From assembly GCA_038230375.1 (NCBI GenBank), contig JBBRNJ010000031.1:1-64000 (forward strand): DNA of 64,000 bases, in the 5' to 3' direction. Both the position numbers and the translations under genes were made by a program. The notes under the pieces were generated by a model that was given only the letters and a program-made list of their open reading frames with translations, did no database searches and had not been told where the DNA came from. This document shows, piece by piece, positions 39,287 through 48,497 of this stretch; the stretch's first letter is position 1; each line of letters starts with the position of its first letter. Source of the stretch: Polyangiales bacterium. Its GTDB lineage: Bacteria > Myxococcota_A > Polyangia > Polyangiales > Polyangiaceae.

Positions 39287-40948
39287 CTAGCCACCGACGA
39301 CGCGTACCGGTACCCGCGGGTCCAGGAAGTAGCCGTGATCGCCCGTGACGAGCGCGTGGCCGATGCCCAGCTTTCGCAGCTGAAAGAGCGCGTTGCGAAC
39401 ACGCGCGAACGCCGCATCGGGCTGGATGCGCTCCTCGGGCCACCCCGCGGCAAGGACGCGCTCCCACGCCACACCCACGCCCGGCGCGCGCTGCCGCTCC
39501 GCCAGCAACAATGCGAGGGTCTTCCGCAGCGCGGTCTTGCGCTGCAGGTCCACGCGCTCACCAGCCTCCGACACGAAGAAGGCGGCGTCCGCCGCGATCT
39601 GCAGCTCGGTCACACGCGCGCCGATCGCCGCAGCCAGGAGCTTGCCCGCCCGCCTCACCCGGCTGCCCTTCGCGCGCGGCGCCGGCAGCTTCGCCTTGGC
39701 CGCGGACGCGTCCATCTTTCCGCGGAGCACGGCGTCCCTCACCGAAAGGATCGCGAGGGCCTCCTTCGTGCACGGATCTTCGATGGCGATGCGCGCTGCG
39801 TCCGCGCCGCGACCGGCGAGCGCGAGCATCCAGGCCTCGTGCTCCGATTCGACGGTGCCGCGCCCGAGCGACAGCGCGCGCAAAAGGGCCGTCGCCGCGA
39901 GCGCATGCTCACCAAGGTCCTCGTGGTGGTACGAGAGGTAGAGGCGCGTCATCGCCTCATGGCGTGGGCTCTTCGCCTCCTCGTTCAGCGCCAGGGCCTG
40001 CGCCAGGAACGCGCCGGACTCCTCCAGTCGCTCCGCCTCCACCGACAGCGCGCCAAGGAGGGACAGCGTCACGCCCAGGAGCGCACGATCCGAGACCTCC
40101 GTGAAGATCGCGGCGGCCGCCTCCAGATGCTCGCGCGCCAGCTCCAGCTCGAGTCGCTCGTGCGCGACGTAGCCAAGATGCATGTATTCTGCACCTACAA
40201 GCCGCGCGTTCCCCATCTCGCGATGAATGACGAGCGCTGCCTCGTGTGCCCGGCGCGCCTCTGCGAACAGCCCGAGTCTGTGCAACGTCACGCCCAGGTA
40301 CGAGAGCTCCACGCCCTCTTCGCGCCTGGACCGCAGGTCGCGATGAGCAGCGACAGCCCTCTCGTGACGCACCCGCGCCTCGCGAAGACGTCCGAGCCCG
40401 ACCAGCGCGACGCCCACCTCTCCCTCCGCAAGCGCGAGATGCGCGCGGTCGTCTAGCTCCGCGAACAGCTTCACCGCGGCCTCCTTGTGCGCCAGTGCCT
40501 CCTCCGGACGACCTTGCGCACGCGCCACGCTTCCCAGATGACGGTGCGCCTCTGCGCGGGCGTGCGGGTCCCTCTCGGCATCGCGGATGACGTCGGTCAG
40601 CTCACGTGCTGCTGCCGCAAGCTTGCCCGCGTTGCGGAGCGCTTCACCGCGGCGGAGGCGTGCGCGCAGCTCGAGCTCCGCGGCGTCGGTGTCACGCAGC
40701 AGCAAGAGCATCGCGTAGAGCTCGGGCAGCGGCGTGTCCTTCGCGCGGGCCGCCGCGAGCTGGATGCCCACGCGCTCGAGCGAGCACAGCTCCACGATCT
40801 GGGTGATCGCATCGCGGTCACGCTTCGCATCAACGGTGGCGCCCAGGTCCGATGCCCGCGCGATGAACAACCGGACCGCCTCGTCGCGCGTCAGGGAATT
40901 TGCGGGGACGGGCGCATTCTTGGTGCGTCGGGGGCTCGGCTTTGCCAA
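39287..40948 (-). CDS. TPR protein with C-terminal wHTH-like domain and truncated STAND remnant
   Basis: EAVRLF..RA…QLAAAR remnant, MalT-like TPRs, GWPEERI…RVRNAL..LR.LG…GY.L. Start inferred at TTG 40948 with AGGA upstream. Confidence 0.75.
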   Translation of the reverse strand: MAKPSPRRTKNAPVPANSLTRDEAVRLFIARASDLGATVDAKRDRDAITQIVELCSLERVGIQLAAARAKDTPLPELYAMLLLLRDTDAAELELRARLRRGEALRNAGKLAAAARELTDVIRDAERDPHARAEAHRHLGSVARAQGRPEEALAHKEAAVKLFAELDDRAHLALAEGEVGVALVGLGRLREARVRHERAVAAHRDLRSRREEGVELSYLGVTLHRLGLFAEARRAHEAALVIHREMGNARLVGAEYMHLGYVAHERLELELAREHLEAAAAIFTEVSDRALLGVTLSLLGALSVEAERLEESGAFLAQALALNEEAKSPRHEAMTRLYLSYHHEDLGEHALAATALLRALSLGRGTVESEHEAWMLALAGRGADAARIAIEDPCTKEALAILSVRDAVLRGKMDASAAKAKLPAPRAKGSRVRRAGKLLAAAIGARVTELQIAADAAFFVSEAGERVDLQRKTALRKTLALLLAERQRAPGVGVAWERVLAAGWPEERIQPDAAFARVRNALFQLRKLGIGHALVTGDHGYFLDPRVPVRVVGG

Positions 40949-41062
40949 CGCGTCGATCCTAGCCGATGATGGGGCGTGATCGAATACCGACCCCACCTGG
41001 TCCGTCCATCGTGCGTGCTCGCACCCAGAAGCCGCCCTGCGCTCGTATCGCCCCTCGTTCTC

Positions 41063-42022
41063 ATGCTCGCGATCGTGCTGGCCCTTTCGTGCGGGGCCTC
41101 GTGCGGTGGTTCTTCGCAGCGGTCCGTGGTGGCACCGGTGGCCACCGATGCGGCCTGGATCCCGCAATTTCTGGGCGGTCCCGCAGACGTGACGGTGATG
41201 GTGCGCCCGAACGCCATCCACTTCGACGCGTACTGGGGGCCGCTCGTCTCGCGCTTGATGGCGCACGAGAAGGGCGACGCGTACACGCGGATGTCCGTGC
41301 AGCAGCTGGCGTCGGCGCGCCAGATCGACATGTACGTCACGCTGCGCGATCCCCTGCGTCTGTACGGCGGTCACGGAAAGGGCGCGGACGCCACGGCGAT
41401 CGGGTGGGTCGCGATCGTCTACGGCATGCCACCGACCGACCCGGCGGGTCTGCGCATGGACCACGGCCAGCCCGTGTTCGCGGCGCCGATCCGGTTGCCC
41501 TCGGGCGTGCTGATGTTCAACGGAGATGGGAACCTTGCGAGCGAGTCGTCGGGCCTCTCGCCCACGCTGTTCTTCACCGCGGATGGCGCGTGGATCGCGA
41601 CCGATCAAGTCTCAGCACCGCACGTGCGCGACTTCTTGAGCCGCACCCCCAACGCGCCACCGCAGCTCTCCACCGCGACCGACGGTCTTGCGGGGATCAC
41701 GATGAGCGTGACGAGCATGAAGTTCGTGGACTCCGGCAAGAACGCGAACTCCGCCATGATGGCGGGCGCAGTGGCTGCCGGTCTGGGGCTGCGTGGCGGC
41801 GCGAACGGCGCGCTCGAGGGCTACGCCGACTACGCGAGCTCCGCCGACGCGGACCGCGCCCTCAAATCGTTCGAGGCGGAGTGCGCCGCGAAGCCGAACG
41901 AGTGCTCCATCCAGCCAGGATTCTTCAAGGAGGCGAAGGCCGAGAAGGACGACAAGCGGCTGCTCGTGACGCTCGCATTCAGCGACGCGCTGCTCCGCTC
42001 AATCAAGAACTACGACCCTTAG
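41063..42022 (+). CDS. Hypothetical lipoprotein
   Basis: Hydrophobic signal with LSC/ASC; strong GC3 bias; start uncertain (40976-41063). Confidence 0.7.
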   Translation: MLAIVLALSCGASCGGSSQRSVVAPVATDAAWIPQFLGGPADVTVMVRPNAIHFDAYWGPLVSRLMAHEKGDAYTRMSVQQLASARQIDMYVTLRDPLRLYGGHGKGADATAIGWVAIVYGMPPTDPAGLRMDHGQPVFAAPIRLPSGVLMFNGDGNLASESSGLSPTLFFTADGAWIATDQVSAPHVRDFLSRTPNAPPQLSTATDGLAGITMSVTSMKFVDSGKNANSAMMAGAVAAGLGLRGGANGALEGYADYASSADADRALKSFEAECAAKPNECSIQPGFFKEAKAEKDDKRLLVTLAFSDALLRSIKNYDP

Positions 42023-42050
42023 AAGGCCGGCGTTTTTCGCCGATCCCTTC
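42022..42050. terminator. Hairpin between convergent genes
   Basis: GAAGG-CCGGCG-TTTTT-CGCCG-ATC-CCTTC imperfect stem just after a stop codon. Confidence 0.35.
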
Positions 42051-42200
42051 GGGCTGGGCGCGCTTTTCGTTCCGGTGCGTGCTCACGACCGAGAGGTCGT
42101 TCCGCGCGCTCCTCACGAGAAAGCGCACCCAGCCCTCGGTCTCGACGAAAACCGTCCGGCCTTCTCGTGTGATGGTTTTACGATCAGGATGGTTTTACGA

Positions 42201-43469
42201 TCAGGAACTGCGGGCGGCTTGGCGGCGGGCCCTCGCGGCGAACCACGCACCGGAGAGCGCGAAGAAGAACGCGAAGAGAGCGCCCGCACCCACTCGACCG
42301 TCGCTCGGGCCCGTGTTGCAGCCGCTGGTGGTGGTCGGGGAATCCGCGAACACGGCGCCAGCGTCTGCGTCTCCGGCGTCCGGGGCGCCGGCGTTGTCGG
42401 TCACGCTCGTGACCACCGTGAAGGAGCCGCGATCGCCCGTGGCGTCAGCGAACGCGGGGGCGAGGGACGCGGCGACGGGCTCGAACGCTGCCTCGATCGC
42501 CGCAACGTCCGTGTCCTTCGTGCCCTTCGCGAGCATGAGGACGATGCCTAGCGTGAGCGGGCCCGTGGCCTTCGCAGGCACGCGCGTACCATTCGTGGCG
42601 ATCACGTCCTGGATGGTGATCGTCTTGCGCGAGGCCGTGACCGTGAGTGGCGCAGAGCCGAACCACGGAAACGTCTGCTGCGTGATGGGGCCGCCTTGCA
42701 GTTGATCCATCTGGCCGGTCGTCACCATCGCTCCCTCGAGCACGCCGAACGGTGGCACCTCACTCGCGTCGGCAAGGCCCATCACGTAGAGATCCAGCAT
42801 GGAGTAGTGCACGGTGCTCGGCGCCTGACCGCTGGCCGTGAACGTCCCGTCGCCGTTGTCCTTCCACGCGTTGCCGCCCGCGGGTGAGCCCTTCGCGTCC
42901 ATCCAGAACGACCAGTGGAACGGGAAGCCGATGAGCTCGTCCTTTGTCGGTGCTGCCCCGCCATCCGCGGCGCCGCCGTCCGTCACGGGAATGCGCAGCG
43001 CGGGTCCCCACACGTGCGTGAGCTCGAGGAGGAACAGGTAGCGTGCGAAGCCAGCCGGGGGTGCGCCTTGCCGCTTCGCGCGGGCGTCGAGCTCGGTGAA
43101 GTCGTTGTGGAGCAGGATCGCGCGCACGGGTGACGCGAAGGAGGTCTTGAGCGTCCCGTCGCCGCCGTACTCGTTGTCCAGGCCGATGCCGGTCACGTCG
43201 TTCGCGAGCGGATCGAAGAGCGTCTCGATGGCGTTCCCGTCCATCTTGAAATTCGTCCACACGCTGATGACATCCGGTCGCTTCGCGCCGCTTGCGTCGT
43301 ATTGCTTCAGTACCTCGTGCGTGATCGGATCGGTGCTCGAGATCTTGGCGGCGAGCGAGCCGTCGTCCATGAGGGTGACGAAGGAGCGTGCCTCCGCGCT
43401 GGCCGCCACGAAGGTGAAGGCCACGGCGGCTGCGGAACCAAGAAGCGTGCGGCGTGAAGCGTGATGCAT
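42201..43469 (-). CDS. Secreted zincin-like protein with MYXO-CTERM tail
   Basis: Signal AEA; LLELTHVWG…HWS…YSMLDLYVMGL; SGC + TM + RARR. Confidence 0.75.
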   Translation of the reverse strand: MHHASRRTLLGSAAAVAFTFVAASAEARSFVTLMDDGSLAAKISSTDPITHEVLKQYDASGAKRPDVISVWTNFKMDGNAIETLFDPLANDVTGIGLDNEYGGDGTLKTSFASPVRAILLHNDFTELDARAKRQGAPPAGFARYLFLLELTHVWGPALRIPVTDGGAADGGAAPTKDELIGFPFHWSFWMDAKGSPAGGNAWKDNGDGTFTASGQAPSTVHYSMLDLYVMGLADASEVPPFGVLEGAMVTTGQMDQLQGGPITQQTFPWFGSAPLTVTASRKTITIQDVIATNGTRVPAKATGPLTLGIVLMLAKGTKDTDVAAIEAAFEPVAASLAPAFADATGDRGSFTVVTSVTDNAGAPDAGDADAGAVFADSPTTTSGCNTGPSDGRVGAGALFAFFFALSGAWFAARARRQAARSS

Positions 43470-43571
43470 GCCGTGTACGTACGTCGGCGCGGCTCACTGC
43501 GACAATTAATCCACGGCCCCGAGCCATTAATCCCAGCGGGCTGCGGCCGTGCCCCGCCTATGCTCCGGCGC

Positions 43572-45119
43572 ATGCCCCGGCGCGCCCCTCGATCTGTGCT
43601 GTTTTTTGCGCTCCTCGCGGCCGTGGCGGCCTGTGGCTCTCCCGCTCAGCCTGTCGTGGCACCGGCCTCCGTGGAGGTCCCAGGAGCGCCCACGAAGGCC
43701 GCGCCCACCCTCTGCGATGCCACGCCGCGCATCCTTGGCGAGCTCACGGAGGCGCTGGAGCTCACCGTGTACGTGGCGCGCGGCACGCCGGCGCTCGAGA
43801 CGTTCGCGAAGGACCTGGAGACGCTGCTCTCCAACATGGCGGCGTCCACCAAGAAGGGCCGCGTGTCGTTCCGCATCATCCCGACCAGCAACGACGCAGG
43901 CAAGGCCGCGGCCAAGGACGCGGGTCTGGTGATACAGACGTTTGGCGAGGCCGTGAAGGACGATACGGCGCTCATCACGCGCGCCTACTCCGGTGTGGTG
44001 CTTCGCTACGCCGGTCAGACGGATCTCATCAAGTACCTGCCACCCGACGGCATCGACGGCGTGGAGCTCTGGCTGGACACCAAGATCCGCGAGCTCCATG
44101 CGAAGGCAACGAACACCACGTTCCACATAGGCCTCGTGACGGGACATCACGAGCGGAGCCTTGCCGGCGAGAAGCTCGCGCCGGGTGCCCGCTTCAGCAT
44201 GCTGTCGCTCTTCACGGAGCACTTTCCGTTGTATCGCCTGGAGCCAGTGGACCTGACCAAGGGCGACGTGGACGCTGCGTTCGACGGCCTCATCCTCACC
44301 CAGCCCGAGGACGATCTGGACGACGCGTCCCTTGCGCGCCTCGACGCGTTCGTCATGCGCGGCCGCGCGCTGGTCGTGGTCGCGAGCGCGGCGAACATGA
44401 AGGAGGGCGATCCGGCAATGACCGTGACGCTCGGCACGCACCGCTTGAACAGGCTGCTGATGGGCTATGGCGTCGAGCTTCACGAGGACATCGTGCTGGA
44501 CCTTGGCAAGTCGTGGTCCGCAACGACGACCACGGGGACGGCGCGTTTCCCGTACATTCCGCTGCTCTCCGGCGACGACAGCAGCACGCGCTCCACCGCG
44601 ATGCAGACGCGCGCGTCCGTCTTCCTCCGCGCGACCGACGTCGCGTTCCCGTTCGCGTCGTCCCTCACCCTTGATCCGACGAAGCAACCCGCTGCCACGT
44701 TCACCACGCTTGCCACGAGCAGCGACCAGACGATCCGCTCGCGAACGAGCGGACCGATGTGGCCGAAGACGTCCTTCGACAAGGGCCAGGCGGGACCTGC
44801 GGTCGTGGCCGTGCAGGTGGAGGGGCCACTGACCTCCGCGTTCGGCAAGGGCAAGAGCCAGGGCCGTGGGCGCGTGTTGGTGCTCGCGTCATCGTGGGCG
44901 TTCGCGAATCCGTTCTGGTCGGCGAACGCGAGCGGGGACGCAGTCCTGCCTGGCGCGCAGGACTCGGCGCTCGCAGCGCTCGGTACGCCGTATGCGCAGA
45001 CGCAGATGGTGCAGGACATCCTCACCATGAAGAACACGCTCGACTGGGCCTCGGATGGAGACCTTGCTCGATGCGCGCCTCAGACGCGCAGCACGGGGAC
45101 GTCGGGCGACAAGCGATAG
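43572..45119 (+). CDS. GldG-like (ABC_transp_aux) lipoprotein
   Basis: Lipobox VAAC; IGLVTGHHE, LILTQP…LDAFVMRG, LN.LL.GYGV…D.VLD, N.LDW. Confidence 0.75.
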   Translation: MPRRAPRSVLFFALLAAVAACGSPAQPVVAPASVEVPGAPTKAAPTLCDATPRILGELTEALELTVYVARGTPALETFAKDLETLLSNMAASTKKGRVSFRIIPTSNDAGKAAAKDAGLVIQTFGEAVKDDTALITRAYSGVVLRYAGQTDLIKYLPPDGIDGVELWLDTKIRELHAKATNTTFHIGLVTGHHERSLAGEKLAPGARFSMLSLFTEHFPLYRLEPVDLTKGDVDAAFDGLILTQPEDDLDDASLARLDAFVMRGRALVVVASAANMKEGDPAMTVTLGTHRLNRLLMGYGVELHEDIVLDLGKSWSATTTTGTARFPYIPLLSGDDSSTRSTAMQTRASVFLRATDVAFPFASSLTLDPTKQPAATFTTLATSSDQTIRSRTSGPMWPKTSFDKGQAGPAVVAVQVEGPLTSAFGKGKSQGRGRVLVLASSWAFANPFWSANASGDAVLPGAQDSALAALGTPYAQTQMVQDILTMKNTLDWASDGDLARCAPQTRSTGTSGDKR

Positions 45120-47599
45120 CCGCCCTTGTCGCTCTCCAGCGCGGAAAGACCGGAGCTGCGGAGAGAGCTCACGAGCACGCGGAGCCGGTTCTTGGCGGCC
45201 TCTCCCGCAATCTTCTCGCCCGGCCATCCCGCGAGCACGAGATGGCTGGATGCCACGAATGCGCCTGGCTCGGCGAGTCGTCGTTCAAGGAGGAGCGTGA
45301 CCACGCGCAGCGCGGCGGGTCGGCTCGCAAGATCGACGTCACCCTTGCCAGGGAGCGTGATGCGCGTTCCCGAGAGCACGAGCGCATCTGCGGGCGGCGC
45401 CATCCTGAAGATCGCGGCAGAGAGCAGCGCGGCGACGATGCGTTGATGCTGTCCGAATGGCTCCGCGGGAAGCTCCGCGAGCCTGGCGCGCGCGGCGTCC
45501 ACGTTGCCCTCAGCGAGCAAGATGTGCACCGCCGCCACGGCGCAGAGCGCTTGCGACGAGGGAGCGGCAGCAGAGACCGCGGCCTTCGCCCGCGTGAGCG
45601 CGGCGTGCGCACCTTCCATATCGGCAGTTGTCGCACAGGCCGTCGCCAGGTAGCCGAGCGAGAGCGTCGCCAGCGTCGGATCGCCCACGAGCTGCGCGAG
45701 CTCCGCGGCGGCCTCGAGATCACCGCGCGCCGCCGCAGCCTGCCCGCCGAGCAGCTGGGCGATGGCGCGATCCATGAGGAACGTTGCCTCGTAGCGGCGG
45801 TCGCCAGCGACACGAAGGAGCTCGATGGCGCGACCATAGTGGTCCATGGCCCGCAGGTGGTCGCCGCTCGCGCGCGCCGCATTGCCAAGATAGCCCAGCA
45901 GGATACCGCGCATGGCCGGGGCCCGCGCATCACCGAGCCGCGCAAGCCCCGCCTCGTACTCGTGCCGCGCGGCCGCGTGTTCTCCCAGGTCCTGCAGCAG
46001 GAACCCGAGCCGTGCGCGCGACCGCACCTCCAGCAGCAGGAGGCCTGCCTTCGCGCACAGGTCGAGCGCCCGCAGGTAGAACTCGCGGGCGCGTGCGGGC
46101 TCGCGTAGCGAATGATGCACGACAGCGACGCTCGCGGTCGCGCGCGCGAGCAGCTCCAGTGAGTTCGCCGCCTCCGCCGACGCCAGGGCGCTCGTCTGCG
46201 CTCGTAGCGCATCTGCCAGGTCGCCCTTGGCCTGGTGAACGTCGCCGAGCAGGTTCAGGAGCCGCGCGCGTGAGGTCTCGTCGGCGGCGAGCGCAAGCGC
46301 TTCGTCGTAGCGCGTTCCCGCCTCCGCGAGCTGGCCCAGTGCAAAGAGCGCCGCGCCCCACGCTGCCTTTGCGTTCATCTCCAGGGACCGTGCACGAGGA
46401 GCGATGCGTGGCGCCATGCAGGCGTGTGCGGCGTGCGTGACCAGCTTCGTCGCCTCGCCTGCCGCGACCAGCACGGGCCCGAGCGCCGTCACCGCGGCGA
46501 GCGCGAGATCGTTCATCGCATCACTGTGGGCGCCCGCATCCTCCGCGCGCTCGCAGATCGCAAGCAGGTTCTCGGTCTCCGTGGCAACGCTCGCCCCTGG
46601 ATCGTGTGCATACTGCACGTAATAACGCGCATGCGCGAGCACGAGCTCGGCTCCACGCGAGCCCACCTTCTGCGCCGCAAAGTCCCGGATGGACTCCAGC
46701 ATGTCGAGCCGCTCGCTCCCCGCGAGCACCAGAAGCGATTTGTGGCGGAGCGAGAGCACGAGCTCGTCCGCGTTCGCGCCGACCACCGCGCGTGCGGCGG
46801 CAGCCGAGAATCCAGCGCGAAAGACCGACGCCGCTGCCAGCGCGCCGCGCTCTTCTTCGTCCAGCAGGTTCCATGACCAGTCGATCGCGTCGTACAGCGT
46901 GCGCTGGCGCGGCTCCGAGCGGGCATGTGCTCGCCGGAGCACCGTGAATCGATCCGACAGTCGCGAGAGCAGCTCCGGCGCGCTCATGGTGGAGAGACGA
47001 GCGGCGGCGAGCTCGAGGGCCAGCGGGAGACCGTCCAGGCGCGCGGCGATCTCCTCCAGCACGGCGGGCTCGGCGTCGAACGCGGGGCGAAGTGCCCGCG
47101 CGCGCAAGGAGAGCAGCACTGCCGAATCCGAGGGCGCCTCACGCGTGCCGAACGTGGCGAGCGGCGCAAGCTCGAGCGGGACCTCGCCCGGGATCCCGAG
47201 CACCTCGCGCGACGTGACGAGGAAGGATGTGCCCTTTGCGGCCAGCCCGAGCTCGTGAAGCACGCTGGCCGCCGCATCCGCGATCTGCTCCACGTTGTCG
47301 AGCGCCAGGAGGACCCGCGACCGTGCCGTGAGCGCGCGTCGCACGAGCAAGAGCGCCTCCTCGTCGGTACGCGGGCTCACGCGAATCTCGAGCGCCTCGC
47401 ACAGCCGCGACAGCAGATCTGCGCGCGTGCGAGCGCTGGCGAGAGATACCCAGTGCGCCTCGTCGAACGCCGCGCGAGAGTAGAGCTCGCGAGCGAGCGT
47501 CGTCTTGCCGATGCCGCCAGGCCCCCAGAGCGTGAGGATGCGGCTCGCACCGAGCAACTCTGTGGCGCGCGTGAGGTCGAGAGCGCGGCCGATCAGCAC
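45080..47599 (-). CDS. STAND (NB-ARC-like) ATPase-TPR regulator with C-terminal wHTH-like domain
   Basis: GPGGIGKTTLA, LALDNVEQ, VTSRE, LDGLPLALELAAAR, IDWSWNLL, TPRs, GWPGEKI…NRL.V.VS.LR..GL…GY.L. Confidence 0.9.
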   Translation of the reverse strand: MLIGRALDLTRATELLGASRILTLWGPGGIGKTTLARELYSRAAFDEAHWVSLASARTRADLLSRLCEALEIRVSPRTDEEALLLVRRALTARSRVLLALDNVEQIADAAASVLHELGLAAKGTSFLVTSREVLGIPGEVPLELAPLATFGTREAPSDSAVLLSLRARALRPAFDAEPAVLEEIAARLDGLPLALELAAARLSTMSAPELLSRLSDRFTVLRRAHARSEPRQRTLYDAIDWSWNLLDEEERGALAAASVFRAGFSAAAARAVVGANADELVLSLRHKSLLVLAGSERLDMLESIRDFAAQKVGSRGAELVLAHARYYVQYAHDPGASVATETENLLAICERAEDAGAHSDAMNDLALAAVTALGPVLVAAGEATKLVTHAAHACMAPRIAPRARSLEMNAKAAWGAALFALGQLAEAGTRYDEALALAADETSRARLLNLLGDVHQAKGDLADALRAQTSALASAEAANSLELLARATASVAVVHHSLREPARAREFYLRALDLCAKAGLLLLEVRSRARLGFLLQDLGEHAAARHEYEAGLARLGDARAPAMRGILLGYLGNAARASGDHLRAMDHYGRAIELLRVAGDRRYEATFLMDRAIAQLLGGQAAAARGDLEAAAELAQLVGDPTLATLSLGYLATACATTADMEGAHAALTRAKAAVSAAAPSSQALCAVAAVHILLAEGNVDAARARLAELPAEPFGQHQRIVAALLSAAIFRMAPPADALVLSGTRITLPGKGDVDLASRPAALRVVTLLLERRLAEPGAFVASSHLVLAGWPGEKIAGEAAKNRLRVLVSSLRSSGLSALESDKGGYRLSPDVPVLRV

Positions 47600-47669
47600 C
47601 GCACGAGTCTAGCGAGAATGCCCGGTGAAGACGACGGTCTCGCGGCAGTCACGGCGCCGCGCACCAGCG

Positions 47670-47892
47670 TCAGCCCTGGGCTCGAAGCGCCTCGAGCCGC
47701 TGACGGAACACGGCGCGTCCGCGTGTCTGCTTGTCCTTGTCCTTCGCGGCCGCCGCCAGGTGCGAGATGCCGTTGGCCTTCTCGAAAGGTCGCGACGGCC
47801 TTCTCGGAGAGCGGAGGCGTCGGGGTGTAAGGAGCGACGTCGGCCCCGCCCTTCGCGGCGATCTTCGCAGCGGGCTTCTTCCTGGACGCCAT
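47670..47892 (-). pseudogene. Frameshifted gene remnant (SMI1/KNR4-like N-terminus)
   Basis: 223 nt = 74 codons + 1. Removing one T at ACC-TTT-CGA gives …PPLSEKAVATFEKANGISHLAAAAKDKDKQTRGRAVFRQRLEALRAQG* with normal GC3 usage. Confidence 0.45.
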
Positions 47893-47954
47893 GGAGTTCG
47901 AGGCTACGGCGGCGGAACACCGAGGGTCAACGGTACGCCGACGGCGACCTCGAC

Positions 47955-48010
47955 TGAGCAACCGGAAACATAGGTGACACTTTAGACCGGGCACATGGGT
48001 GACACTTTCA
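47955..48010 (-). mobile_element. Isolated IS481-like terminal sequence
   Basis: Two 23-bp direct repeats ACCGG(AA/GC)ACAT(A/G)GGTGACACTTT at 47961 and 47986 with a TG/CA terminus; no transposase adjacent. Confidence 0.5.
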
Positions 48011-48193
48011 TGCACTCTGCACGTGTTTGACCCAAGGTGCTGCGGTCGCCGTAGGGACGAACGCTGCCTCGATGGCGCCGAACGTCTCCGTTGCGCGGAC
48101 TGGGCCTCCCGCCCTGGGCGTTTCAGAACGTTCACCTCCCAGGTGTACGGCGCGCAAGGAAATGCCGACAAAACCGCAAATTCATCCGAATTT

Positions 48194-48212
48194 GTACACC
48201 TGATAGGTGTAC
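48194..48212. promoter_or_regulatory. Perfect palindromic operator candidate
   Basis: GTACACCT-GAT-AGGTGTAC in an AT-rich intergenic stretch. Confidence 0.45.
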
Positions 48213-48302
48213 TCGGTTTTTCGGCGATTCACGAGGCGGGTGCCAAGGGCGGCGCGGCGGTCGCCATACGGTGCCACCAGAGCAGCGTCGCTACCTGTAG
48301 AG

Positions 48303-48400
48303 CCTCGACCTCGAGTGAGACTTCGACCTCGACCTCGACACCGACTTCGACTGCGACCTCGACCATGACAACTTCGACGACAGAACGGCCTCGACCCTGA
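48303..48400 (+). repeat. Degenerate (ACCTCG)n repeat followed by a polypyrimidine tract
   Basis: 6-nt periodic ACYTCG variants, then about 80 nt of mostly C/T up to 48482. Confidence 0.8.
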
Positions 48401-48497
48401 CCCTTTCCCTCAAACCTTCACCTCCCACTTCCGCTTTTCCTCTCCCCTTGCCCTTTTTCCCTTCTTTTTCCCTTCTTCTTTCGCAACACTGGATGCT

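Noticed and set aside
42030..42170. Possible small minus-strand ORF fragment between convergent genes
   Set aside because: No credible start or RBS and no recognisable motif.
38052..47599. PLD plus STAND-TPR genes as an anti-phage (Avs-like) system
   Set aside because: The PLD is an exported lipoprotein, and the STAND proteins carry wHTH-like rather than nuclease or effector domains; they fit the common myxobacterial regulator family.
47999..48400. 133-aa ORF as a real gene or transposase
   Set aside because: No motifs, poor codon bias, and it runs through an IS-like end and the hexamer repeat.
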